Positions 36,427-47,470 of a DNA stretch of 64,000 nt are shown in pieces (position 1 is the first letter of the stretch; every line of letters begins with the position of its first letter). Below the pieces are notes generated by a model. That model had not been told where the DNA came from. It ran no database searches and saw only the letters and a list, made by a program, of their open reading frames with translations. The stretch covers positions 12,402,001 through 12,466,000 of the forward strand of contig NC_045697.1 in assembly GCF_009834535.1 (NCBI RefSeq). The letters run 5' to 3'. Both the position numbers and the translations under genes were made by a program. The DNA is from Camelus ferus (taxonomy: Eukaryota).

Positions 36427-37319
36427 CAGAGAATTTTAACCATTGCCCTTCTCCAGAGTTTCAGAGATACTTGTACATACATTTTGCCTTTTTGGAGATA
36501 CTGCAAGTAGAAAGAGAAAGCTTATTCCAAGTTTGGTCTCCCTTCCAAATGTTTGATGCCTTTCTGATTTTGTGATTCAAAGGTATTAACTCTTTCCCTT
36601 CCCCTGACCGCTGTTGCATAGAAAGTCCAGAACTTCTGTAGCATCTCACCTCCAGCTTGAGGATGAGGCTGACACATGGATTTAAGCACCTTTCAAATTG
36701 ACTTTCAGTTGAGCCAATCCATTTCCTTGATGTTTAAGCTAGTCTGAGTTGCATTTTTTTTTATTTGCTGTGAAAGTCGTCCCAACTGAAACACTGCTCC
36801 TAGGGTTATATTTTGAAAAATTACGTTACCTGATGGAATACACTTTAAGTATCTGAAAATTCACTTATGCCAATCTACATGCTATTTTTCTGTATTTTTC
36901 CCCCTTAGGACTTTTGAATTACCCTAAATCAAGATTAATAATATAGTGACTGAGTATTGTCTACATCAGCTTGAGGAAACCATCTCTCTTCCTCCTTCGT
37001 ACAGTTCTCAGACTGGGAGTAGGAGAATGGGTTATCTAACTTTATCTAGAGCGTTCTAACATGAGCTGCACTTGTCTTTCTCCCTTAGCACCACTGGACG
37101 ATAGATTTTCTGAATTTTTGATGCCTGCTTTCCAGGGGAGTTTAATTGTGCTGCATATGGCTTAGCCTTGTGAATCTTCTTCCCACTTTTCCTCCATTAG
37201 CGGTGTATTTGCCCCTCCCACCTCCCAACTGCTCAGCATCCCAGAGGAAATGAGCTACTGGCACTGTGGTGCCTAATCTTGGACTAATCCTTAACAGAGA
37301 GGATGGACTTGAGCCTTAG

Positions 37320-38460
37320 AGATCAATTCAGAAAAATTCTGTTATTTTCTTTTAAAATATTTTTTCTTTCCCATTCTCTGTATTGTTTCTTTCTGAAAGT
37401 CCGATTAGGTGTTTGCAGACATCATCGTTTTATTCTCAGTATCTTCCTATTTTTCTTCGTATTTGCTATCCTCTCTCTGTGTGCTGTATTCTGATAATTC
37501 CTCTTCATCTTTCAGTTCACTATTTCTGTCTTCTGTTATGTCTAAACTGCTGTTTACTGTGTCTGCTGAATTCCTATTTTTAATGACCATATTTTTCATT
37601 TCTAGCAGGTCTACTTTTCTGTCTTTTCCGACTCTTCCTGATATCTTTAAATAATATTCTGATCCCTTTTTTTTTGGACTTTTGATACTCTTTTATTATT
37701 TGAACTATTTTTTTATATTCTGGTTTTTTATCTCCAATATCTTTGCTTTTTCAGGTCTGATTCTGCTGTCTGCGGCTTCTGCTGACTAGTCACACTCACA
37801 ATGGCTTGTTTCCTCATTGTCACTTCTAATATAAGTTTGTATTCATTGGAACTTGTCAATGGGAATTATTTGAATCCTGGGCTTAGAGTATGTTCTTCAG
37901 AGAAGATTTGGGTCTGTTTCTTCCAGACCCCTGATGAAGCAAAACCTAGGAAATGCTTTTTTTTTTTTTTTTTTTTTTCCGGTTTGGGCTTTTTCCTGTT
38001 CATGCAAAAGTGTAAAGTCTGGCCCTAAACCCCTCTGAGTGTGGGGTTTTGGTTAGGAATTTCCACTTATTTTCTTTCTATTTAAAGCTGAGGTTACTTT
38101 AGGTATTATCCTTACTCATTGTAGAATATAGGAAAAACTGAATATAAGTTTTCCTTTTTTCAGGGTCCTCACCTTCTGTGGGAGTCTGTTTTCACCATGC
38201 ATTTTCTGGGTTGGGCAGTACCCTTCTCCTGGATGCCTCGTGTGGCCTATGAATGCTCAGGGTTTAGAATGTTAAATGCTTCCCATGGGAAAATGCTTCC
38301 TGTCTCTGTGAATTTGCGTTTGCTTGTCCTTTACAGCCTGAAGTATTTTTTTGCCCCTAGTGTTTCAGCTGTTCTTTATGAGACATTTTCTAGATTATTT
38401 CGTGACTTTGAGGGTCCTCTCCTGGGTGTTATTTTCTGGGCATCTAATTCTCCATAATGT
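37320..38460 (-). mobile_element. Old L1 5' region/ORF1 remnant
   Basis: T-rich antisense motifs (tcttttcagttcactatttctgtcttc...tctaaactgctgttta; tttttcatttctag). Confidence 0.6.
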
Positions 38461-38720
38461 TTAGAATGGGGGTACTCATTTTAATGTGGTATGATCTTCC
38501 CCTACATCATCCACCTTCAAAGTATTTGTCTATCTAGAGTTTCCTGAGGGTCCTGTTCATGAATGTTCCACAGCTAGGGCCTCAAGCTCATACTGGCCAA
38601 ATTGTTTAATTACTACATTGCTGCCTCTATGACTGGTGACCCCTTAGAGATCACTTTCCTGCTTGGTCACTGTTGCTGACACCCCCACTCCACTCCTGGA
38701 GACAAAGGAATGCACCTATC

Positions 38721-39040
38721 TTTTTTTTAAACAGATAAACAAACAAACAAACAAACAAACAAGCTCTGGCCAATCTTGTTAAAGAAAAATTTTGCATGAT
38801 GTACTTTTTTCCAGTCTGTTCTAACCTGCTTCTAATGATATCAGAACCCCTGGGTCGATGATAGCTAGTATGCACACTCTAGTTTTTCCCACACCGTGTG
38901 CCCCATTCAGTGCTGTTGTCACTGTGGTGATGGACACCAGTGTTGGCCAACATGGCATGGTACTGCTCTACTTTAGATTTCCTCCCGGTGGGGCAGTTGT
39001 TGGCGAAGATGACCAGTTTCACTTTGCCTTGTCTGATCAT
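38721..39040 (-). pseudogene. RPL30: RPL30 (eL30) processed pseudogene, 5'-truncated and disabled
   Basis: Minus strand reads [52 protein letters not shown], then after frameshifts SDIIRSRLEQTGKK, matching RPL30 residues about 37-115. No introns; 3' UTR-like tgcaaaatttttctttaacaa and a residual A8 at 38721-38728. Confidence 0.95.
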
Positions 39041-39845
39041 TCCCTTAGCTCCTCCTTCTGGAGCATTCATAGACTATCCGTTTCCCCATGTCTAGCTGAA
39101 CGCCTGGAGTTACTAGAAATAGAATACAAGCTATGCCACCACTGGAAGCAGCACCCACAGGCCCAACCCTGAGCTTAGAATTCTTTACCAGGTAGGCTTT
39201 GTACCTAACCCAGACCTGCAGCCTGCGCTAGTGGCCCTTTCATCCTCTACCCTGGGGGTATCTCATCTCTCTGGTCCTTAGAATTTAATCCACAATGAGT
39301 AACAGCAGCCTCACCTTTATAACCCCTCTACCCCCGCATTTCATATCTACCTAATGCCTGTCCCATTGCTGCTCTAGGATTTATCTCTTTAAAGGATAAT
39401 GGATATGGAGATATGCATTCTGATCAGGGGAAACCCCTTCCCCTCTTTTAGGAGTGTAATCTGGCCACGTCAACCCCCAAGACAGTAAGAGCATCATTAC
39501 ATTTTCTAAAACTAGGCATTCCATGTTAAAGAGCTCCTCCGCATCCCCATGTGTGATATGCTAACCGCTGGGTCCAGGCTGTGCTGGGCCAAGCACAGTG
39601 CAGCCCCTTCCCCCTAGTTTAAGGTAATGAGGTAAGAGGTATGAGGTAAGGGAGGCCAGCTCTGTATGTCTACTTGCCATAGCCTGAGCTTCTGCTTCTT
39701 AAATACGGGCAAGGATACCCACAGTTTCCCAAGAACCACTAACATAATGTTGAGGGCTAGGACTTTCTGTATCTATATTTAGAGTTAAAAACATCATTCT
39801 CTTACTATACAGGGTTTCAGGAGTTTAAAGTGACAATTTTGCATT

Positions 39846-40040
39846 TGTGATGGTTAATTTTGTGTGTCAACTTGATTAGGCTGTGGTGCCCAGATATTTG
39901 TCAGAATTATTCTGGATGTTTCTGTGTTTTTGGATGATATTTTCATTCAAGTCTATGGAATTTCAGTAAAGCAGATTGTCCTTCATAATGCAGATAGTCT
40001 TCATCCAGTCAGATGAAGTCTGGAATAGAACAAAAGACTG
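39846..40040 (+). mobile_element. ERVL LTR (MLT2-like), 5' part
   Basis: tgtgatggttaattttgtgtgtcaacttgattaggc...gtaaagcagattgtccttcataatg...aatagaacaaaaga. Confidence 0.88.
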
Positions 40041-41254
40041 GAGTACAGTCTTGCCCTACCTTCTTGGGATATCATGACTTTAAACATTCTGCCTTTACGT
40101 GTGATATCATGAAGTTTCTTAGCCAGCTTGCAGACTTTATCCCTGGGTGTGTGTAGGCAACAGTGACTGTCAAGGCGAGATGGGTGCCATCTGACAATCA
40201 GGTATGTTTGCTTTGGATTGAATCAGCTATCATTAAATCTAATAATATTAGTAGTTGCTTTAGAGGTGATTATGTGCTTAATGTGGTAAGAATGCATTCT
40301 CCATTGTTGCTTGAGAGACAAGAGGTATAGACTGGGAAAAACCTGGATAAAGCAAAATAATATGGCTGATAATTTATAATTTATTAAGGTATTAAACTGT
40401 GTCTCTCTTTCCTATGCTTCTCTCTCTCTATATATAGTTATACATATGTATATATGTATTATATATATATATGTATATACGCATATATTTTTGATACTCT
40501 AGAGGTTTTGCTCTTCCAGGAGTCATTTTACTGACTAACAAATGTTGAAATAAATCTACAATTAGGTGACATGATTAAGTGACTTAGTGTTAAGAAGAAT
40601 TCCAGTGTATTTTTGATGAGCCAGTTTTTCCTTTTCAAGAGCTAGATTAATTATATAGATTAATTACACCATAATACCATAGGCTGGAAAAGAAAATATG
40701 ATAGGAAGGAACCCTAGAGCTTGACAGCTAGGAGAGAGAAGCTGTGAAGTCCCCTAGAGCTAGTTCCATCACTTGCCAGTGCCAGGAGCTGTATGGGAGG
40801 CGAGCCAGGGTGAAGTTGTTCTCTGGCTGCTGCCTGGTTTGGACCAGCTACCAGATGTTGGGGCTCAGCTTGTAGTGAAAGGGTCATCTGTACCCTGAGA
40901 TTCTGCCTTAGCCTTGAATGACTCATCATATGGGAATGCCCCCTCTTCCATCCAGTTTCCTGGAAACTTCTAGATTAGCAAGTAGGGTGTTTGAACACTT
41001 TGTAAAGTGTTAGTCTAAGATCTTTGCTCCTGCCCACAGGGAGACTGTTCATAACACATTTGAAATGCCCCCCGAGCTGAGAAAGTGATGGAATATACCT
41101 CATGGATAGTAAGTTCTCATAAGGTGAATATTAGTGGGTGTGAGTAGCACAAAGATCAGACTAAGTCTCTAATGGTGACATTGACCATGCCTTGTGCAGA
41201 CGCAGCCTCGTTCCCCATAAACTGAGTAAAACAGATCTGAATAACCATTCAAGA

Positions 41255-41550
41255 GTCAGAAGAGAGGTGTCTGAATCCTGATCTGACACTTACAAGTCAT
41301 GAGATCTTTGATGATTCACTTAACTTTCTAGGATTAATTTTCTTCTCTATTAAATGTGGCTAATTCTTTCAAGAATTAAATTATATTTGTGAAATCACTT
41401 TGGAAACTGGAAAACACCATATATATGAGTTTCAATAATTCTTTTTTCACCTGTAAAATTAGGAGAAGAATAATTTCCATGGTTAAGGGTTGCTGAGAAG
41501 TTAAATAAATAAAGCAACAAGAAATAATTTCAAAAGTGCTTTATATCTAT
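41255..41550 (+). mobile_element. Two adjacent MIR fragments
   Basis: gagtcagaagag...ctgaatcctgatctgacacttac; cacctgtaaaatt...agggttgctgagaagttaaat. Confidence 0.6.
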
Positions 41551-41669
41551 AAGAGGTATTTTTAAAAAGTGCGTTTATGGATTTACTTAATTTATGCTTT
41601 AAACAGTGAGGTAGTTTTTGACCTAAGTTCCTCTTTCCTACCCGTTATTCTCCACCACCCTCATCCTTT

Positions 41670-42150
41670 CAGTACTAGAATTTAATAATATTTTGCCTGT
41701 TCCATATGGTTAATAATAGAGACTCTGTATTGTTCATGTAAATGTAGTTACAGAAGACAAATCCTTTCTCTTGGTAGCTGAGTCTTACCTAAGGAGGAAT
41801 TAACACATCCTCGTGGATATTTCCTCCTGACATCATTATATTCATTCACAAAGCTATCCCCTGGGTGATGGTTTGTTTAACCATCGTCACCGTATTCCAT
41901 CCATTTCACTGAAATGCACAGTGAATGTTCCTAATGCAACTCTACTCAAATTGTGGTAAAATTGTATCAAGCGCCTCTTTCGTCCAAAATAACCCCACTA
42001 CTATGTTTATATTTTAAGTGACAGAGGCTCCTGGAATTTGCATTCATCCTTCTGATGTAGATGCTCCCTGGAGAAAATAGTCACACCCACCATAACATGA
42101 TGAATAAATAATGATCAAAACATTGAGGGACAGTAATTACTCATCACATT
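41670..42150 (-). mobile_element. Ancient CR1/L2-clade LINE reverse-transcriptase fossil (tentative)
   Basis: Degenerate RT motifs in the expected order on the minus strand: NYCP, GLFWTKEALDTI, SVKWME...YPRGCV, NYIYMNN, IIKF (see findings). Confidence 0.5.
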
Positions 42151-42820
42151 ACTACTGTTTAGTTGCTTGTGAGCATTTTGTTTAAAAAAATGTATCTGCA
42201 TAACACAAGGTAGTAAATTTTGTTTTTTCAAAAATATTTTATAGATAATTAAATCTTGACTCCATACTTGATAGCTTTGTAGACAAATCCCATAATCTGA
42301 AATAATTTGGATGTTCTCCTTGCTCTGCATCAATGCATTTTATTTTTACTCAGTTATTTTCAATAAGGACAGTCTTTAATGCTCTTTTTTCATTCATATG
42401 TGTATTTTCATGAAGTTCTACATGCCTTTTTTGGGTTATTCAATGTTGTTTTATCTCCCGATTTGCTTAATTATCCCCCTATTGTAGACCAATTGTATTA
42501 AGCAGTTCACCTGGGTACAAAAAAGTCAGTTTCTCTTTATTCATTGCTGTCTCCATTTTCAAATTGTTTAAATTATTCTTCTCCCTGTTTGATGAATATC
42601 CAAATCATCTTTGAAGATTTTTGAAATAGGTTATTTTGTCTAATGCCAGACTTGGTGAATAGAATCTGTGGCGAATGCCCTCTTGAGAATGTTGAAAAAG
42701 CTCTTCTTTTGATGAAGAAGTTCATGTTGATTGCACCAAGCAAATAATATATACTGCGTGGATACAGCTAAAATTAGCTCCATAACAACCATTATCTTCT
42801 CTACCTAATGTTTACACATG

Positions 42821-42856
<36 letters not shown>

Positions 42857-42868
42857 CTCTCTCTCTCT
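42821..42868. repeat. (CA)14-(CT)n compound microsatellite
   Basis: Directly visible. Confidence 0.95.
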
Positions 42869-43569
42869 TAATTTAATTTGGGAGTAATTCAAACTGCAGT
42901 GGATATAGTCAGTTCTAGCATGACATCACAAACTGTTTTATGTGGTTCTCTGCCAGTCTCATGGGTTTATGTGCCTCGTATTTCCTCAACTAGAGCGTAA
43001 ACTAAACAGCTGAAAGCTAAGTTTCTTTCCTCCATATCCTCAGAGTACTCAGCACACAGTGGGGCCTATGGCAATGTCGTCTTCTCCATTCCTGGCCCTT
43101 TAAGTGAAGCCAGCTCACCCATATTGTGAAGCAGATGGTAGAATACAGCTCCAGTCACAGGTGTTTACCCAGGCGCACCCTGACTTGCCCATTTAACCCT
43201 TTCTTTAGTTGACTGAGCTCAGCTCCCATGATTCCTTTTGTCGGTTTCATGGTTCTTAGCTATTCATTCATCCAGACATTCATTGCACCCCCATGTGTCT
43301 ATGCTGGATACCGGGGACAAAAGACTATGCTAGCCTATATATCTTGTCTATATATACATCCTGTCCTGTCTGCCAGCAAGGACCTTGTCATCTGGTGCTA
43401 CCTGGGTAAGAGTTCCTCCCTCAGAGAAAGAAGTCAGGCAGCCAGTCCTGGCTCTGTGTTAGGACAGGAGGATGCACTGCCCTGACTGCCGTGCTCTAGC
43501 TCACATTAAAATACTGGAAATTTTTGAAATACAGCTAGGTGTTTTTGTGTGAGACATACATTGATTTAT

Positions 43570-44440
43570 ATGTTAATCTTATTTCCCCAGCTAGGCTGTA
43601 AGCTCCTTGAGTGGGAAAACTGTTATTTGTGTCCACTGAAACATACTCAAGAAACATACTGTGTGGATTTATTGATTCCTGTAACTAAGAGATGGATTGG
43701 CTATGAGCCTTAGCTCATAATCCTAAATGATTTGACTTTCCTTTCACTGCTTTGCACATCTCAGTTCCCTCTCCACTCACCCTGCACTCCAGGACTGGTC
43801 AACTAGCCCCCTCTCTTTCAATATCTTCTGCTCTTTTGGCACCTTGACTTGATCAGCAGACATCCAACCTTGGATCCAATCAACCGTCAGTTTTTCTGCT
43901 GTTACACTCTGGTGGCTGAGCCCTTTGGAGAAAAATCAGTCACAAGGTGGTAGAGATGAAGACCCCAACAGAGTCCTCATCTCCATCTTCATCTGGGCCC
44001 TAACTCTGCTTGGCACACACTTATATCTCTTTCATCAGTGCTTTCTTCTGTTCCCAGGGAAGCTTTTCCAACTCTGCTGCTCTTCCTGAGGTCCTCTTCC
44101 TCACCATCTCCTCCCTCTGTTTCTGATAATAAACTGCACAGAAAGAGTAGAGGCCTTGTGAATATATTCCTCACCTCCCTGCCTCCTTTTTTTGGTAGCA
44201 AACTCTCACCCTCAATTTCTTCCTCTTGTTTGAAAGGAAGTAATTCTTCAGCTCTTCCCTTTCCTCTTAAGGCCAGTCCCCCCGCCTCTGCCCCTGATCC
44301 ACTTCCCTCTTCCCATTTCAGGCTCTTGCTCCATCAGTTAATCTGTTTATTTCCTGACTCATTAACCCCTCCCTTTCTACTGGCTCTTTCCCTTCAGCAT
44401 AAAATTAGATACAAATATCTTCTACCCTAAAAATCAATTC
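43570..44440 (+). mobile_element. L2 fragments (3' end, then ORF2 region)
   Basis: ctaggctgtaagctccttgag; cttcctcttaaggccagtccccc...cctgatccacttccctc...ctactggctctttcccttcagcataaaa. Confidence 0.65.
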
Positions 44441-44609
44441 TGTTTTTCTGCCTTGCCACAGGATGACAGATTGGGCATTTTGACTGAGGCAACCTGGCAG
44501 ATGTGCAATACTAGAGTGAGCTATGAAAAAGACGTAGAACTGGTTAGGTAACTGACTTTCAACCAAGGTATAAAGAGGGGAGCATCTTTATATGAAATGG
44601 TGAGCGCTT

Positions 44610-44828
44610 CCATGGAGTTCATGGGAGTGTAAGTGCCAAGATGAACTGAGCCAGTTACATGGAGGACACCTGACTCCAACCCTTAGCCTGGAGCCTGGAT
44701 CCTACAAGTTTAGTTTGGCCCAGCCAATTGGCATCTGGTCTGAAGACCTGTGAACAAGAAATGAAGCTCAATAGCTGGTGGGAGATTTGTCATGTGGCAT
44801 TAATGCAGCAATAGCTGACTAATACAAG
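44610..44828 (+). mobile_element. MLT1 LTR 3' part
   Basis: Ends ttgtcatgtggcattaatgcagcaatagctgactaataca. Confidence 0.7.
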
Positions 44829-44959
44829 CAGGCGCTTAAAAAGTGGAGAATCAAAGGGTGGCTTCTCATCCTTCCATGCCCAGAAGGTCCTATTTCTTCC
44901 ACCCTTCTGGTTGCCAGGGGAAGAAATTAATCTACCACGATAATGCTTATCTTAATGCA

Positions 44960-45700
44960 TTAAAGTCCTTTCTTTCTGTTTTGCTTTCTTTGCCTTCATC
45001 TTTCTTCCTTTCTTCTTTCATTCTTTTCTTCTTTTATCTTCTTTCACTGCTGAACCCTTACCTTTTGTTGGGCCCAAGGAATACAAAATATAATAAGATC
45101 CACCTACTGGTTTAAAGGGGAAATGGACTGGAAACAGATAATTGATCTACATACAAGAGGCCCTGTTATAAAGTTGTATATAAAAGGTATATGGAAGGTA
45201 GAAGAAAAGGGCTAAGTCACCTCTGGGTGTTGCTGCTGACAGTCACTGAACACTTGGGCCAAGCCTTGTGCTGGGAGCAGAATGAACAAGGACACAGTCC
45301 CTGCCCTTGCTCCTCTCCTTCCAGCTTTTTGAAGTCATGGTCTTCACTTCTATGACTACACCCCACTCTTTCTGGTAGGGTTCTTCACATATGTTATTCC
45401 CTCTTCTGGAAAACTTCTCTTCCTCTTCACCTGGCCACCAACTTTGGGTCCTTTCCCAAGGAAGGTCTTTACATCCAGGGGTGGGCTCGGTCCCCTTCTA
45501 GAGCAATCATAGTGCTTGATATGTCTCTTACTGTAATATGTGTCATATTTGAATTACTAGTTCAAAATCTGTTTTCCTTGCCAGCTAACTAGTCCAAATC
45601 AAGTCTGTCTAGTTTGCTGCCTTTTCTCTAGAAACTAGTTTACTATAGGACACATAGAAGGGACTCAGTGAATATTAAGTGAACTGGATGGAATTGAATC
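44960..45700. mobile_element. Cluster of L2 3' fragments on both strands
   Basis: Antisense (ctgaacccttacc...aataagatcc; atgaacaaggacacagtccctgccct) and sense (cttcacatatgttattccctcttctggaa...cacatagaagggactcagtgaatatt) motifs. Confidence 0.6.
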
Positions 45701-46551
45701 ATTAAAGTCTGATATGTGTGCAACAACAGATACGTGGCTTGGAAGGGGATTTGCAGAAAGTACATAAATGATCAGTTAGTACACTTCCTAGGCCCTTGAA
45801 CAAATGCTCAAATTGCTTCCCAAATACCCACATTGCTATCCAAGTTGATCCCTGAAGTTGACAAAAAAGGGAAAAAAGAAATCCAATTTGGGTCTCCAAG
45901 GAACTCAGTGGTGCTTGCCCTTGCCGAGAACTCTCAAATAGCTAGAAAATTCCACTCATGAGCAGCTGGCCTCGCTCGTGGCTCATGACGCAGGCTGTGC
46001 TTGGTGATAACATTTCCTGGAATTGATGTGTATCTGCCATGTGCGCAGCTTGAGGGCCTCGTCTTATTCACAGAAATACAACCCCTCCTCCCCGGCAATG
46101 CAGCGTAGCCTCTGAATCCCGCTTATCCTGGCAGGAGAGGCTGTTGGGAAGTTGTGCGGGAGGCCACCGGCTCCACCAGCGCCTGGTCCTGGGGACACAG
46201 CATCGCAGCACAGGGTCCCTGCTGGCTCAGACACTGTCTTTTGTCTTATTGCTAGTGCCCGTTCTCTGTATGATGAAATCACTCAGTTTCTTCTCTTTGT
46301 TTGCTGCAAACAATAAAATTACGAAAATTTTTACCTCCTAGAACCAGATGCCCTGTAGTATCTATGTGACAATTTGAAAAGATTGCTCAGAATTAAGAGG
46401 ACTATTTTGTATGTACAGAGTCATCTCCATGTCCTCAATGAGTTTGCAGTCATCACAGTCATGTGGCTACATGGAATCAGGCGCAGACGGCAGGGTTTTC
46501 TTAAAATCAACACCTATCACTGCCTGAGGAGCAGCAGCTTTACTAATACAA

Positions 46552-46832
46552 CAAGGGTGGGCAAAAGGCTGGGGCTAAGAATAGTTTTTACACTTTCAAA
46601 TGGTTACCAAAAAAGTCAAGAGAAGAATAACATTTCTGGAAAGGGAAAATCAGATGACATGCATTTCAGCGCCCATTAATAAGGTTTGGAACACCTCCAT
46701 ACCTGTTTGTTGAGAGCTCATTTGAAGCTGCTTTCAAGAGCAGAGGTGAATAGTTGGGACAGAAACCAGGTATGGCTGCCAACGCCTAGAATATTTACCG
46801 TCTTGCTGTTTACAGAAGTTTGCTGACCCCTG
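46552..46832. mobile_element. hAT-Charlie MITE (MER58-like)
   Basis: Terminal inverted repeats caagggtgggcaaa / tttgctgacccctg; internal gctaagaatagtttttaca and gcctagaatatttacc. Confidence 0.85.
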
Positions 46833-47249
46833 CACTGGAGGGATATGGATTTGTTTGTTGACCCATCCTAAATTTACCAGAGATTTGCTCAAGGGCCCAT
46901 TTTGTGTTTCTTGGTAGACTGAACTGAATTCCCAGTCTGAGGAAAGATATGTGGCCACAGACAGCTCTGTTTGCTTCTCAACTGCCCTTCTCCACTCTCC
47001 TTCAGGTTAGGGGGTTGTATGCGATAATTATGACCCAGGAACACAGCTGCCCCAGCAGGGACCACATTGTGATTCAGCAGAAAAGGTAAAACTAGTGCTC
47101 AGAACTTCTGCCTGAACGTCTTGTGAGGTCTTCTTCCTTTAACAGGGTCCTGGGCACTCAAGAAAACTCAAGGAGTTCTTTTTTTCCCCCTTCTTTAAAG
47201 GGATTTATACCTCTGGGAAGAATTACTAAGCAAAGACTCTCGTCTGGAT

Positions 47250-47470
47250 TATCTCAGTGCACCTTCAGTAGGTCTCACTGCCCTCCGCTGGTCTCCCGCA
47301 CTTTGTTCTTTCCTCTGCTACAGAGCACCATGCACGGAAGTGTGACCGTTGGCTTCTCTGTATCTTCTAGACAGTGAGTTCCTTGAGGGCAAGTTTTTTT
47401 ATATCTCTGTTATAAGCATCTGACAAGAGCTAGGCTCATGGGAGATGCACGCAAGATGTTCAAGGAATCA
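47250..47470 (+). mobile_element. L2 3' end
   Basis: ctagacagtgagttccttgagggca motif. Confidence 0.6.

Noticed and set aside
38879..39070. Intact RPL30 gene or chimeric ORF
   Set aside because: The first about 36 codons are missing, with a premature stop and frameshifts; the N-terminal [10 protein letters not shown] is flanking DNA.
39464..39472. GCCACGTCA (CREB3/ATF6/XBP1-type site)
   Set aside because: Isolated 9-mer with no supporting motif cluster.
42185..42730. Decayed host-gene exon (weak Schlafen-like impression) on the minus strand
   Set aside because: About 7 stops in 180 codons and no diagnostic motif; an ancient LINE origin explains the adjacent sequence better.
44038..44430. 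130-aa Ser/Pro/Leu-rich ORF
   Set aside because: Translation of pyrimidine-rich L2 sequence.
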